Source of the DNA: Acaryochloris marina MBIC11017
GTDB taxonomy: Bacteria > Cyanobacteriota > Cyanobacteriia > Thermosynechococcales > Thermosynechococcaceae
DNA length: 32,000 nt
Assembly: GCF_000018105.1 (NCBI RefSeq)
Contig: NC_009928.1
Coordinates: forward strand, 120,001 to 152,000
Reading direction: 5' to 3'
Shown: piece after piece, positions 18,351 to 29,117 of the stretch
Layout: the number at the start of each line of letters is the position of its first letter
How positions within the stretch are numbered: position 1 is the stretch's first letter
The notes under the pieces: generated by a model
What the model saw: only the letters and a program-made list of their open reading frames with translations
Told to the model about the DNA's origin: nothing
Databases searched by the model: none
Translations under genes and position numbers: made by a program

Positions 18351-21300
18351 TTAGGTGAAGAGTTCTCCCACAGGGGCAAAACCCTGACGTTGAATGTTTT
18401 CGGTCACTACTCTTGGCTCCATAAATTGCATCAGGTAATCGCGTCCCCCAGCTTTGGACCCAACGCCAGAGCATTTGAACCCTCCAAAGGGTTGACGATC
18501 TACGATGGCACCGGTAATACTGCGATTAATATATAAGTTCCCCACTTCAAAGTTGGTTTTGGTGAACTCAATATGAGACGGTGTGCGGGAGTACAAGCCA
18601 CCTGTTAGTGCATAGGGAGAGTTATTCGCGACTGAGATCGCATCCTCAAACGTCTGCACACGAATTACGGAAAGGACGGGACCAAAGATTTCCTGTTGGG
18701 CAATTTGGGCTTGCGGTGGTACCTCACTAAAAATGACGGGACCTACAAAGTAGCCGAACTCTGGAGCAGTCCGCTCTAAGACTACTTTTGCCTCCGTTTT
18801 CCCTAGAGCAATATAGTCGCGAATCTTAGCTTGCACCTCTGCAGTGATAACTGGCCCTACAGTGGTACTGGCTTGATCAGCGGCTCCGATGTTCAAAGAT
18901 TTGGCAGCCTCGACCAGCCGCTTCAAGAAGGTGTCATATATACGGTCGAGCACAATGACGCGAGAGCAGGCCGAACATTTCTGGCCACTATAGCCAAAGG
19001 CGGATCGTATTACCCCTGTGATCGCCTGATCTAAATCAGCACTTTGGTCAATGATGATTGCATTTTTGCCTCCCATTTCCGCAATCACTCGTTTCAGATG
19101 GGTTTGACCGGGACGCAGAACGGCAGCATCCTCATAGATTTGGCTACCTACGGCTTGTGAGCCCGTAAAGGCAATCAAGTGAATCTGGGGATGTCGGGTG
19201 AGATAGGGGCCAATCTCAGCCCCAGGTCCTGGCAAGTACTGATAGACTCCGGCTGGGAAGCCTGCCTCCACCAGAATCTCGGTTAACTTAGCTGCCACCA
19301 CGGTTGCCGGAGCCGCAGGTTTAAGAATCGTACAGTTCCCTGTCACCAGTGCCGCCACGGTCATACCTGTGGCAATCGCTAGTGGAAAATTCCATGGAGC
19401 AATGACCACCACTATGCCTCGTCCTCGGTAGGCGTAGCGATTGGTTTCGCCGGGTAGATCTCGCTGGTAACCCGCTGATAATCGCTCCATTTCATCAGCA
19501 TAGTACCGACAAAAATCAATAGCTTCTGAGACCTCTGCATCGGCTTCCGGTAACACTTTGCCTACTTCCAGCACAATCCAAGCAGCCAGCTCGTGGCGAC
19601 GCTGCTCCATTAAGTCGGCAGCTCGTCGGAGGTGCATGACCCGCTCCTGGGCAGAGGTGTTCTGCCAACTAGCCATCGCAGTGGCCGCCGCTTTTATCGC
19701 TCGCTCAGTCTGCGGAATCAGGGCTTGTCCTACCTGTCCGATTACTTGGGTAGGTTGGGAAGGATTGACTGAGGCCTGGATCTGGTCTGTGATCATTGCC
19801 TGCCCTGCAATCCAAGGCCAGTAGGGCTTCCCTAATTCTTGACGAACCTGTTGTAAGGCTTGTTTGGTCTGCTCTCGGGCTGTCACCTGAGAATAGTCTG
19901 TATTGGCTACATTGTTATACGGAGCGTCTTCAGACAGCTCGTGCTGGGCAGTGGGCTGAACGACCGAGTGTTGCTTGCCCTCATGCTTGCCCTGTGGCGG
20001 CGCTAAAAGCTTTTCTGGATCAGGGCTCTCAATCCGTTGCCGGAGAAATGAGGTATTAGCAGTGTTTTCCAATAATCTTCGGATCAGGTAGGCCATACCT
20101 GGTAGGAGCGGACCATAGGGACAATACACTCGGACCCGATGCCCGAGATGAGCTATCGCTGCGGCCAGTGGATCGGCCATCCCGTAGAGGACTTGCAGTT
20201 CATAGCGATGTTTAGGGATTTGGAGGCGGTTTGCGATTGCGATGGCATGGGCTTGCGATCTCACATTGTGGCTTCCAATTGCTGCCGTAACTATCTCATG
20301 GTTCTCTAATAACGTCAGGGTCATGGCTTCGAAGTTAGCGTCCGTTTCCGCTTTGTCATTTAGGACAGGCTGAGGCCAATGGTTTTGAATCGCTTTTATC
20401 GTTTCTTGATCCCAATAGGCTCCCTTGACCAGCCGAATCGTGATGGAAGTACCTCGCTCCTGCGCCCAATCAATCAGGGTGTGCAAGTCCTGATTGCTAT
20501 CACGTAGATAGGCTTGGAGCGTGAGGCCAATATCCGTTCGGTTTCTAAATTCTGGTTCTAATAGTAGGTCTTTAAGAATAGCAAGGGTCAAATCCTTATA
20601 GACAAACTGCTCCATATCAAAGTGAACTGCGACCCCCAGCTTTTGGGCATGACGTAAAAGGGTGCGGAGGTGTTGACTGACGATTTCCTGACTCCCTTGG
20701 GCATCGAGCGGATCAAATTGGGAGTAAAAGGCTGTTAGTTTGACAGAAACTTGAACCTTGGGAAAGGCCACTCCCTCAACCCTATCGATGAGGGCAATCT
20801 CTGACCAGGCTTTAGCTGCCTGGGCTAGCTGGGTCATCAGATGCAGATACCCCTGAAGATAAGCGGTTGCTTCTGCTTCCGTGATCACCGCTTCCCCCAG
20901 CCGGTCCAGGGTAAAAGCCAAACAATGTTGTCGCAGTTGAACCAGGCGCGGCAACGTTTGCGGTAAAGTTTCCCCCACAATGTAACGACGGGCCAAGGTG
21001 GAAACCGCTGATTTGAAAGTCACTGCTGCCACTTTCCCCAAAATCGAATGAGGTTGAGCCCAAGACAGTAGTGTGTTTAACCCTGAAGGTAATTTGACTT
21101 CAGGGAGTGATAGATATTCCTGTATGTGACGAGCAATCTCTACATTGTCCGTAAGGGATGGTAGCACATCTATCAGGCGAAAGATCTGGACCTGCAATGC
21201 TGGATTCGTCATTGCCCAAGCTAGCAGTCGATCATCCCAGTGAGGTTGCATCCACAGTCGTGTCGCTAAAGATGATGGACGGCTCATCTCCTTCATCAAC

Positions 21301-21356
21301 AGGCGAGCAATATGTTGGGTCTCCAGCTCAAGGAGTTTGCAGGTATCAGCGATCAA
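18351..21356 (-). CDS. putA: bifunctional proline dehydrogenase / L-glutamate gamma-semialdehyde (P5C) dehydrogenase
   Basis: 1001-aa ORF. The C-terminal half has aldehyde-dehydrogenase motifs VIAEMGGKNAIIID and FGYSGQKCSACSR, and the N-terminal half is proline-dehydrogenase-like. The listed start is TTG, so the exact start is uncertain. Confidence 0.9.
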   Translation of the reverse strand: MIADTCKLLELETQHIARLLMKEMSRPSSLATRLWMQPHWDDRLLAWAMTNPALQVQIFRLIDVLPSLTDNVEIARHIQEYLSLPEVKLPSGLNTLLSWAQPHSILGKVAAVTFKSAVSTLARRYIVGETLPQTLPRLVQLRQHCLAFTLDRLGEAVITEAEATAYLQGYLHLMTQLAQAAKAWSEIALIDRVEGVAFPKVQVSVKLTAFYSQFDPLDAQGSQEIVSQHLRTLLRHAQKLGVAVHFDMEQFVYKDLTLAILKDLLLEPEFRNRTDIGLTLQAYLRDSNQDLHTLIDWAQERGTSITIRLVKGAYWDQETIKAIQNHWPQPVLNDKAETDANFEAMTLTLLENHEIVTAAIGSHNVRSQAHAIAIANRLQIPKHRYELQVLYGMADPLAAAIAHLGHRVRVYCPYGPLLPGMAYLIRRLLENTANTSFLRQRIESPDPEKLLAPPQGKHEGKQHSVVQPTAQHELSEDAPYNNVANTDYSQVTAREQTKQALQQVRQELGKPYWPWIAGQAMITDQIQASVNPSQPTQVIGQVGQALIPQTERAIKAAATAMASWQNTSAQERVMHLRRAADLMEQRRHELAAWIVLEVGKVLPEADAEVSEAIDFCRYYADEMERLSAGYQRDLPGETNRYAYRGRGIVVVIAPWNFPLAIATGMTVAALVTGNCTILKPAAPATVVAAKLTEILVEAGFPAGVYQYLPGPGAEIGPYLTRHPQIHLIAFTGSQAVGSQIYEDAAVLRPGQTHLKRVIAEMGGKNAIIIDQSADLDQAITGVIRSAFGYSGQKCSACSRVIVLDRIYDTFLKRLVEAAKSLNIGAADQASTTVGPVITAEVQAKIRDYIALGKTEAKVVLERTAPEFGYFVGPVIFSEVPPQAQIAQQEIFGPVLSVIRVQTFEDAISVANNSPYALTGGLYSRTPSHIEFTKTNFEVGNLYINRSITGAIVDRQPFGGFKCSGVGSKAGGRDYLMQFMEPRVVTENIQRQGFAPVGELFT

Positions 21357-21872
21357 TCATCTCCCCCTAACCAATGCATATGGAATACTACCTACTCCCA
21401 TTATTGTGATTGAACCCTAGAGACGCTGGCCTGTAGGTTCGTTTTACCCACATCCTTATACATTTAATCTGTCACTGAATGTCTGAGGGTGGCTGAACGA
21501 AGGAGTAAGATTTTTGCAATGATACCCAATCAGCTGGAAAGGATTAACAAGCGAGGATCTCTATAACTAAGCACAACCTTGAGCGTGACTAAAACCGGGG
21601 AAATTAATCAACTATAGAAATTTGTTCGACCTGGTTAACCCTTGATGCCAACTCTTGATTGCAATTTTCTGCTCCTCTTAGGCGTTTGCCAACTGCTAAG
21701 TCAAACAATATTAGTTATCTCAGACAAAAGAAACAATAAATAATCCGAAATTATACTGAGGATGCCGAGGACAAAAGATTTTACCCTAAAAGAATAGAAA
21801 TGTGTTTTCTACACATCATCTAATTTTAAAATCAAAAACGCGGCTGCCAATAAAGAAAAAATAATTATTACA

Positions 21873-22178
21873 ATGCAAGAAAAAATGGGGCAAAATCATC
21901 GGTCGCATATGGGGAATGATTCAGTTCTAAGTAAGACTCAAAATCCCTTTGTTTCCAATTTTTTACAGTTTTCTAGTAGTGTCTGTGCTGTGGCAGGAGG
22001 AGTTATTCTCTCTTCCAACACATCAGTAAGCAAATATGGGTTCATACTCCTAGCCCTAAGTTCTAGTCAGATTTTTATATCTAGCTCTATTTCAAATAGC
22101 AGAGGTTTGATGGTCTATTCTGCCTCTCTATTCATTTTTGTAGATTGCCTTGGGATTTATCGATGGTTGCTGTACTAA
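21873..22178 (+). CDS. small hydrophobic membrane protein (about 3 TM), unknown family
   Basis: 101-aa ORF in an AT-rich region. Its 3' end overlaps the ATG (22163) of the next gene by 16 nt. Coding status is supported only by the hydrophobic segments and the overlap. Confidence 0.35.
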   Translation: MQEKMGQNHRSHMGNDSVLSKTQNPFVSNFLQFSSSVCAVAGGVILSSNTSVSKYGFILLALSSSQIFISSSISNSRGLMVYSASLFIFVDCLGIYRWLLY

Positions 22179-22795
22179 ATTTGCACAATGCACAAAAGAC
22201 ATCTCCCAATGCCCTTAATCCCGATAATATCCAAACTGATTCAAGCACAAAAAATACATCATTATTTTCATTAAATGCTGATTCAGATATCGGCTGGATG
22301 AAGTTGGGAGATGCTTATCAGCATTTTGTTAAAGATCAACAAACTAATATTCCCCTTTCCGTATGGTTGATTGAAAATCCAAGTAGTCCTTTTTCTTTGC
22401 CGGGTAGTGTCGATCTCAGAGGGCATGATTGTATTCATCTCCTCCTCAATCGAGGGATGTCTCTATTTGATGAGGCTTTTGTTATTGGCTATACAATGGG
22501 TAATTGTTCAAATATCGGCAACCACCATATTTCTGTATATAAGCTATTTTCCAAAATTTGCTTCCCCGAAACCTATAAATTCAATAGCTTCCATATGAAA
22601 GCTTTTGACTTTGGATTTCTGTATGGAAAAAAAGTGAAAGTCAAGAATATACATCAGGTTAAATTTGATATTTACAATGATCACTTAATTCATGATATTC
22701 GCACTCATTTCGAAATAAGTCTAATGGAAGTTAATTGCTTATGGAATGCTGAAAAGATATTGTTAAATACTCAAGTATTTAATAGAGAGTCCTAA
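22163..22795 (+). CDS. Coq4-like protein (HDxxH-x11-E putative metal-binding motif)
   Basis: [24 protein letters not shown] has HD-x2-H followed by E exactly 12 residues after the second His. This is the spacing I recall for the Coq4 (PF05019) zinc motif. The start could be 22145 (TTG), 22163 (ATG) or a later Met. Confidence 0.45.
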   Translation: MVAVLNLHNAQKTSPNALNPDNIQTDSSTKNTSLFSLNADSDIGWMKLGDAYQHFVKDQQTNIPLSVWLIENPSSPFSLPGSVDLRGHDCIHLLLNRGMSLFDEAFVIGYTMGNCSNIGNHHISVYKLFSKICFPETYKFNSFHMKAFDFGFLYGKKVKVKNIHQVKFDIYNDHLIHDIRTHFEISLMEVNCLWNAEKILLNTQVFNRES

Positions 22796-22952
22796 ACAAA
22801 ATAACAGCGAATTATACAATCTCTAGCAATAGGGAATTAATATCGTCGAATAAGAGTTTATGCTAAATAATTAAACACGGTGCTCAATATACTGTTACTT
22901 TGTTTGTATATGCAGCCTTTAAGATTCAAAGAGTTTAACCAATAGAATAACC

Positions 22953-24125
22953 ATGAGTCATATTCATTCTTTTCCCTTTAGTAAGTTGGATTTCGTTAGC
23001 CAGCTCTTGGCAGCATTTCAATCCTCCCAGAACGGATATTGGCATTTCAATTTTTCAAACTCAAGTCTTTCACCTAATTATTCTGCATACTTAGGTGTAA
23101 ATGAAAAAGGCACTGTGTGCTACGCAGGTAGCCATCGATTGACGAGTGAATCATTCCTTAGAACTGTTAAACGATTTAATGTGGCTGCTCGTCAAGAAAA
23201 ATATAAGCCCTACTTCTTGGAATGGTCTGCAACTATAGAGCAAGGGAATACCTCAATTTGCACTGTAATGACTGACATACTACTAAAGCGAGTCATTTCA
23301 CCTAAGGAGTTAAGACAAGCCTTAAAACAAAAGATTCTACTCCAATTCGATAATCTATTCGCTGCTGAAAAAGGTGATGCCAGTTTCATTCTTGATTCAC
23401 ACCTGAATGTTATCGACCCTCTCCTTGGATTTACCGCACATGAAATTATCAGTGAAGGGTTACTTCGTCAAAAAAAATGGGAGCAACTAAAGTCGTTTAT
23501 TCTATCAATGGATGGAATCCCAATAATTAACCACAACAAGTTGAATAAAACCAAATTGCCTCCGTTACAGAAAAAATTGCTTGAACGAATATCTAAGCAT
23601 GAAAAGTCTTTGGAACAAATTTCCGTAGCTTTAGGCAAAGATCCATTAGAAATTGCTTCACTATTTGCCCAATGGGTGCAGTTAGAGCTAGTCGAGATTG
23701 AAAGACCCATGCAATTCGATTGTGCTCCCATCATGATTATTGATGACTCACCACTCGTTATTAAGCAATTTGACCACCTTGTTAGGGCATTAGGGCATCA
23801 AGTGGTGGCTTGCCAAACACCTGATAATGCCGTTGATAAGATTCAACGAGTGAGACCTTCTATGGTTTTCATTGATATTAATATGCCTGGGATTACAGGC
23901 TTTGAACTAGTGAAGCAGATACGCCAAAATAGCAAAATTGCATCTATTCCCCTTGTAATCCTAACGGGTGAACAAAAACTATCAAATAAATGGCGCGCTC
24001 AATGGAGCGCATGTGAGTTTTTGACGAAGCCTTTAGGATTAGATGAAATCAAGTCCTTTCAGTCACAACTTAAGGATTTAATTCAACAATTTGTTGAAGG
24101 AGAAAGCTGTTTAGTAACTGCTTAA
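22953..24125 (+). CDS. PatA-type response regulator (N-terminal PATAN/DUF4388-like domain plus C-terminal CheY receiver)
   Basis: The C-terminal 120 aa carry receiver hallmarks: IMIIDDSP, phospho-Asp context VFIDINMPG, VILTG and LTKP. The 260-aa N-terminal region resembles the PATAN domain of PatA/PixG-type regulators. Confidence 0.7.
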   Translation: MSHIHSFPFSKLDFVSQLLAAFQSSQNGYWHFNFSNSSLSPNYSAYLGVNEKGTVCYAGSHRLTSESFLRTVKRFNVAARQEKYKPYFLEWSATIEQGNTSICTVMTDILLKRVISPKELRQALKQKILLQFDNLFAAEKGDASFILDSHLNVIDPLLGFTAHEIISEGLLRQKKWEQLKSFILSMDGIPIINHNKLNKTKLPPLQKKLLERISKHEKSLEQISVALGKDPLEIASLFAQWVQLELVEIERPMQFDCAPIMIIDDSPLVIKQFDHLVRALGHQVVACQTPDNAVDKIQRVRPSMVFIDINMPGITGFELVKQIRQNSKIASIPLVILTGEQKLSNKWRAQWSACEFLTKPLGLDEIKSFQSQLKDLIQQFVEGESCLVTA

Positions 24126-24140
24126 TTGAAGCAATATTTA

Positions 24141-24264
24141 TTCAATCTAGTGAGGGTAGATTCCCCGCTGCTTGCAGCGAAGAAATGGGATTGTAATCCA
24201 AATCTACGGTTTGGGAGCAAATCGTATTCCATACCCCGTCTGCTTGCAGCAGGGCAGTTGATTA
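24141..24264 (+). mobile_element. MITE-like element, copy 2
   Basis: About 3 mismatches to 18125-18248 over about 123 bp, in the same orientation. The right terminal repeat is degenerate (CAGTTGATTA). It starts 16 nt after the response-regulator stop codon. Confidence 0.75.
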
Positions 24265-24302
24265 CGGCCCGCAACATCGTATTACGACTACTTTCATAAT
24301 TA

Positions 24303-25462
24303 CTCCCTTCCCGCCATAAGATTATGGAACAAGTGAAAATATAAAATTCAGACTGTTTTGAACTTGTTCAGCCGATAGAAACTGGTTAGCAGCAAAGAAC
24401 TCATGGAGCTGTTGTTTGATCTGTGTCAGGGTCGTTCCAAGAGGGAGATGGTGCAGACATCGTAAGCGTAGTAAGTGAATCACACATTCAACCAAGTTCA
24501 ACTTGGGAGAGTAGGACGGCAATATAAAAACTCAACTTGAATCGATTGGGTGAGCCCCATCTGCTCTAGGTGGATAGCGAGTTGGGAGCGCATCTTGCCC
24601 TTATGGGTTGGATTGTTATCGAGAATAAGGCACAGTTGAGTGTAGCCCAGCTCAACGCTATCCAGACATAGGCCTGCAAAGTACTCAGAGATATCTTCCG
24701 TTTTAGCCTGTGGGCTCAGAGCGAAATACTCTTCGCCACTGTGGGCATCGACGCACAGTAACCCATTGAGCTTGTTGCGAGCCCGCTCATTACTCTTGAC
24801 CTGTGGACGAGTGTTGCGTTCTGCCCAGCCATAGAACAAACTAGGACGCTCAGACACCGCAAATTCGTCAAAGAACAAGATGCGCTCATCCGATTGTCGT
24901 GATTGCAGTTTTTTTAACAGCCGCCACCCACTCTTTCTGGGCGTTCAGGTCAGCATTCGCATAGTCACGATGGGCGCGTTGGTAAGATAACCCCAACTCT
25001 GATAGCAATTCGTAGATACGCGAATCTTTCAGTTGCACCTCGAAACGCTGCTCAATCACAACGGCTAAAATTGCACCTGTCCACATATTGCGGTCAATAC
25101 CATAGTCTGTCGGACGTTGCGTCAGAACCATCTCTTTGAGTTGTTGTTGTTCCTCTGGGCTCAACCGACTAGGTTTTTGATGTCGAATGGGTTGGACCAA
25201 GCCCTGGAGTCCACCATCGAGATATTTGTCCATCCAACGCGTTAACGTATCATAGCTACACCCCACTTGTTCGCTCACTTGGGTACGACTGTGTCCTTCA
25301 TTCAGCAATTTGATCGCGGTCAAGCGCTGTCGAATGTAGTGTTGTTGATTGCGGTAGTAGAATTTCTGCCACTCATCCGCATCAAAAGGCTTGTCCAGAA
25401 AGGCTTGTGTTCGATTCAATGTGACTATTTGCTCTTTTCCCCATTTTACAGCGGGAAGGGAG
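24303..25462 (-). mobile_element. IS630-family insertion sequence (copy 3), inserted into an older IS630-type transposase gene
   Basis: Perfect 15-bp inverted repeat TTACTCCCTTCCCGC at 24300-24314 and 25451-25465, including the flanking TA on each side (24301-24302, 25463-25464). Confidence 0.8.
24322..25444 (-). pseudogene. IS630-family transposase with at least three frameshifts
   Basis: - Extra A after the start: ATGGGGAAAAGAG, where MGKEQIVTLNRTQ is expected.
- Frame break in an A7 run (plus-strand T7 at 24909-24915): ...AAVKK/LQSRQSDERILFFDEFAV.
- 1-nt loss at ...VEFLY/LPSYSPKLNLVE (about 24515-24525). Confidence 0.8.
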
Positions 25463-25464
25463 TA

Positions 25465-25820
25465 AGTGAACGTTACGCTCCTTCGCCAGTTTCTGGGACA
25501 GTTGTTGGCTATTTGTAGGTACGTTCTTCTTGATGTAAACACTCCATATCTTCCGGGTGCCACCGCCGCTGAGCACCCGGATGAGGCGCATCCCACAGTC
25601 CTCCTAATCCCTTCTGTTGCCAGCGATGAAGGGTTTGGCGAACGGTCCGAACATTATACTGGAATAGGGCTGCAATTTTCTCTACATACATCCCCTGATG
25701 ACTCAATCGAATCATTGCGGCTCGATCTTTGACCCGTTGGGGGACTGTTGTTGCTGTCCTCAGTTCAAATAAGGTCTGCTCTTCTGAGCTATTCAATAAA
25801 GTACGTAATCCGGCACCCAT
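25465..25820 (-). pseudogene. 5' fragment of a second IS630-type transposase (outer, interrupted element)
   Basis: AGGAG plus ATG at 25820. The HTH part reads MGAGLRTLLNSSEEQTLFELR...LHRWQQKGLGGLWD, with a frameshift near 25505-25515 (...EERTYK* / NSQQLSQKLAKERNVHL). It is cut by the inner IS at the TA, and only about 36 nt (24265-24300) remain on the far side before the MITE. Confidence 0.65.
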
Positions 25821-25988
25821 CCGCACAATCTCCTAAATGATAGTGTGGGTAGATTCATTCAACTTCATCTAATTGAGCTTTTCAAGGCTGGGCTACTTAG
25901 CTTAAACTACACTAGAAATTAAACTAGGTATATGTAATCCTTTCATAATGCCTTAACATCCCTTAAACTCCTTAAGTTCCTTACCTTT

Positions 25989-26702
25989 ATGTCAATACGC
26001 CACCTTCAACATCATTTAATCCAGAAATTAGCTAATCAAATAGAAATGATTTGGGTGAAAAAATTAGATATATCTTGTTACTTACTACCTCCAGAATTTA
26101 CTTATTTAAAAGGTATATTTGAGGATCAAAATTTAGTAATTGAAAATATTTGTTATAAGTCAGAGCATTTTCGAAAATTACATATAGAGTTAGCTCATTT
26201 AGGCAATGGGCTGGATGTTTTACACTGTGTCATGTTTCCAAAAACTAAATATGATTTACCAATTTTTGGTGCAGATATAATAAGCGCTAGAGGTAAAATA
26301 TCAGCTGCAATCGTTGATCTTTCTCCAGTTACTAGTGACCGAACTTTACCAAAAGATTATTGTAAGTATCTTAACAATTTACCGGAGGTAAAATTCTCTA
26401 AAATAAGAAAATTGCCTGATTGGGGCGATATATTTTCAGAATATTGTCTATTTATACAGCCACAAAATACTGAAGAAGAGAATCATTTTTTAAACCGCGT
26501 AACTTTATATTTAAGTTGGCATTGTGAGAAAGCTTTATTATCTCAAATTGTGGAGCCATCAGAAATATCAAATATCCATGAAGGACACGCCCATTACTGC
26601 CAGCAGCAAAAGCTTAATGATAAAACTCGCCGAATCTTAGAAAAAGCCTTCGGGAAAGAATGGGCTAATACCTATATGGATAGAGTCTTATTTGATTTTT
26701 AA
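25989..26702 (+). CDS. pcyA: phycocyanobilin:ferredoxin oxidoreductase
   Basis: 237 aa with long stretches matching PcyA as I remember it: FRKLHIELAHLGNGLDVLHCVMFP, SAAIVDLSP, WGDIFSEYCLFIQP, HYCQQQKLNDKTRRILEKAFG. Visibly AT-rich compared with cpcBA. Confidence 0.9.
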   Translation: MSIRHLQHHLIQKLANQIEMIWVKKLDISCYLLPPEFTYLKGIFEDQNLVIENICYKSEHFRKLHIELAHLGNGLDVLHCVMFPKTKYDLPIFGADIISARGKISAAIVDLSPVTSDRTLPKDYCKYLNNLPEVKFSKIRKLPDWGDIFSEYCLFIQPQNTEEENHFLNRVTLYLSWHCEKALLSQIVEPSEISNIHEGHAHYCQQQKLNDKTRRILEKAFGKEWANTYMDRVLFDF

Positions 26703-26725
26703 TTATATGAACTACCCCGCTCTAA

Positions 26726-27651
26726 GAGCTAATTTATAAACTAAACCTTAAGCTGCTAGGCGGCGAACCATAAGCCTAATGAAAGAGCCAAAAATCATTG
26801 CTTCACTATTTTCTGTATAGATTTCATAGTCTTTGTTCAAACGTCGATAACGGTTCATCCATCCAAAACTACGTTCGACAATCCAGCGCTTAGGCAACAC
26901 TTCAAATCCTTTGGATTGACGCTCAATAGCATCAACCTTGACGGTCTCACCACAAACCTGCTGCACAGCACGCTGAAAGTTTGGTCCTGAGTAGCCTTGG
27001 TCAACCCAAAGCACTTATAAGCGAGAGAGTTTTTCCATGGCGTCACTTAGAACAAACACAACTCCCAATCGTTCTGAAGTGTTTGCTCCTGTCACCACAA
27101 CCCCAATCATTAATCCCTGAGAATCGACGACTATATGTCGCTTACGGCCTTTAACTTTCTTGCCACCATCAAAACCATAGACTGCCCCCTTTTTTCCGTT
27201 GTCTTCACCGATTGAGAGCCAGCAATGGCAACAGCAGAGTCTTTTTCTCGGTCCATCTCTTGCCTCAATTGATGGCGCAGAGTGTCATGGAGCAAACACC
27301 AGATGCCTTTGCGTTGCCACTTCTGAAAGTAGTTGTGGCGGCTTCGTGGGCTAGTAAATCATGGGGAAGCATTTCCCACTGACATCCCGTCCTTTGCACG
27401 AAGAAAATTGCGTTGAGGATTTCTCCCAAGTCAACAGTTCTGGGGAGTCCAAATCCTTTATCTTTGGTCAACAGCGGCTCTATAACGTTCCATTCAGCAT
27501 CACTGAGGTCACTGGCATAGGCTCGACGATGAGGATTTTCAATCTCAGGTAAGCGACTCATGATACATAGCGCTTGAAGTAGCTACAACCCACCCTAGAG
27601 GAGCAATTTAACGACCTTATCGCCCTTAATACTTACTTTATAAATTAGCTC
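26726..27651 (-). mobile_element. IS5-family insertion sequence (A), 926 bp, TAA target duplication
   Basis: Inverted repeats GAGCTAATTTATAAA (26726-26740) and TTTATAAATTAGCTC (27637-27651). Direct TAA on both sides (26723-26725, 27652-27654). Confidence 0.8.
26748..27561 (-). pseudogene. IS5-family transposase, multiply frameshifted
   Basis: The N-terminal ORF 27265-27561 (…[11 protein letters not shown]) loses frame right after LPHD; the next frame reads [20 protein letters not shown]. The middle section has no long ORF. The C-terminal ORF 26748-27014 ends PKRWIVERSFGWMNRYRRLNKDYE.... Confidence 0.8.
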
Positions 27652-27932
27652 TAAATATGATGAGTTCAATGATTGACTACCTAGAAGTCTAATCCCAAGT
27701 CAGTCATTAAAGGCATCAATTAAATCATTAGTTTTATATAATCTTAATGTTGCCAGAATTAATTGAATTACCTATCACATCTAATATCATTAAATTTCAA
27801 GGCAAAAAACCTGGAATAAATATGGACTTTAGAGAACATGTTTACTTTAGGCTCATGACTTTCTAATCATGACAGTATTAATCAAAGAGGTTATTTATAT
27901 TGAAAGCTTATATATCGACAATTCAATAACAC

Positions 27933-27991
27933 AAAACCCAGAAGAGTTAATATTCACCACCGATGAGGTGCCTATTTCCCTTCTGGGTTTT
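27933..27991 (-). terminator. candidate intrinsic terminator of cpcBA
   Basis: 12-bp inverted repeat AAAACCCAGAAG (27933-27944) / CTTCTGGGTTTT (27980-27991), about 50 nt downstream of the cpcA stop. On the minus strand the second arm runs into TTTTGTGTTATT. The loop is long (35 nt) and contains a smaller hairpin. Confidence 0.45.
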
Positions 27992-28041
27992 CAATTGCTA
28001 GAGGAGGGTGGCAGCAATTTTAATCGTTAGACCACGATGGG

Positions 28042-28530
28042 CTAGCTAAGTGCATTGATGGCATAGTCAATATACGAGTTGGCTTCAACAGCCCCATCAC
28101 CACTTAAGCCATGGTTTGCTTTGATATATTTCAGCGCTTCAACATACCAACTGGGTGACAAGTCAAAGGTGCGGTTGATCTCTGCCAGTCCGCTCACTAA
28201 ATAGTCATCCATGGGACCTGTCCCACCCACCACACAGCAGTAGGTGATCATGCGCAGGTAATACCCTATATCGCGCACACACTTGTCTTTGCCCCGCTGA
28301 GTGGAAGCATAGTTATTTCCCTGTAATGAAGTTGTGTAGGGAAACTTCTTGTATACGGCATCAGCGGCTTGAGAAGCCAGGCTATCTGCTTTCTCGCTCA
28401 ATGCTCTTGCGGCTTGTAAGCCCGTCGATGCTTGACGAAAACGTCCAAAAGCAACCTGGAGTTCTGTTGAGCTGAGGAACTTTCCTTGGGAATCGGCTGA
28501 AGCTAGGGCCTCAGTCAAAGGGGTTTTCAT
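28042..28530 (-). CDS. cpcA: C-phycocyanin alpha subunit
   Basis: 162 aa. [34 protein letters not shown]..., chromophore-site [14 protein letters not shown], and C-terminal [13 protein letters not shown]. An AGGAGA RBS lies upstream. Confidence 0.93.
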   Translation of the reverse strand: MKTPLTEALASADSQGKFLSSTELQVAFGRFRQASTGLQAARALSEKADSLASQAADAVYKKFPYTTSLQGNNYASTQRGKDKCVRDIGYYLRMITYCCVVGGTGPMDDYLVSGLAEINRTFDLSPSWYVEALKYIKANHGLSGDGAVEANSYIDYAINALS

Positions 28531-28598
28531 TTCTAAATTTCTCCTAATTACCGATATCTAAATGGGGCGCGATGGATGGCTATTTCTAACGAGGCCCG

Positions 28599-29117
28599 TT
28601 AGCCTACGGCGCGTGCCGCTAAGTCGAAGTAGTCGCTGACTTCTGAAATCAAGCTGGAACAATCTCCTTGAGTGACGCCATTAGGGTCACTCGCGATTTC
28701 TAATGCTGCATCTCGCATCTTGCTGACGCTCAGGGACATCGACTTGGTTGGGACACCCAGTGTTTGATAGGTTTGCTTGAGGCCGTTCAAACAGCGATCT
28801 TCAAGAATGCTGGCATCACCAGCAAAGATGGCGTAAGTCACATAACGCAGAATAATTTCCATGTCTCGTAAGCAAGCGGCCATCCGACGATGGGTGTATG
28901 CATTACCACCCGGCTGGATGAGTGAAGGCTGCTCCTCGAACAAATCACGCGCCGCATTCGCAACGATGGTAGACGCATTACTCGTGATTCGATTGACGAC
29001 ATCCATCCGCTTATTGCCATCCGAGACGACAGCTTGCAGGGCTGCGATCTGGGAATCACTCAGAAAATCCCCTCGGGCGTCTGCTTGTGAAACTACTTTC
29101 GCAAATGCATCATACAT
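28599..29117 (-). CDS. cpcB: C-phycocyanin beta subunit
   Basis: 172 aa. [20 protein letters not shown]..., [20 protein letters not shown] (Cys-82 site) and GDCSSLISE (Cys-153 site). An AGGAGG RBS lies upstream. Confidence 0.93.
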   Translation of the reverse strand: MYDAFAKVVSQADARGDFLSDSQIAALQAVVSDGNKRMDVVNRITSNASTIVANAARDLFEEQPSLIQPGGNAYTHRRMAACLRDMEIILRYVTYAIFAGDASILEDRCLNGLKQTYQTLGVPTKSMSLSVSKMRDAALEIASDPNGVTQGDCSSLISEVSDYFDLAARAVG

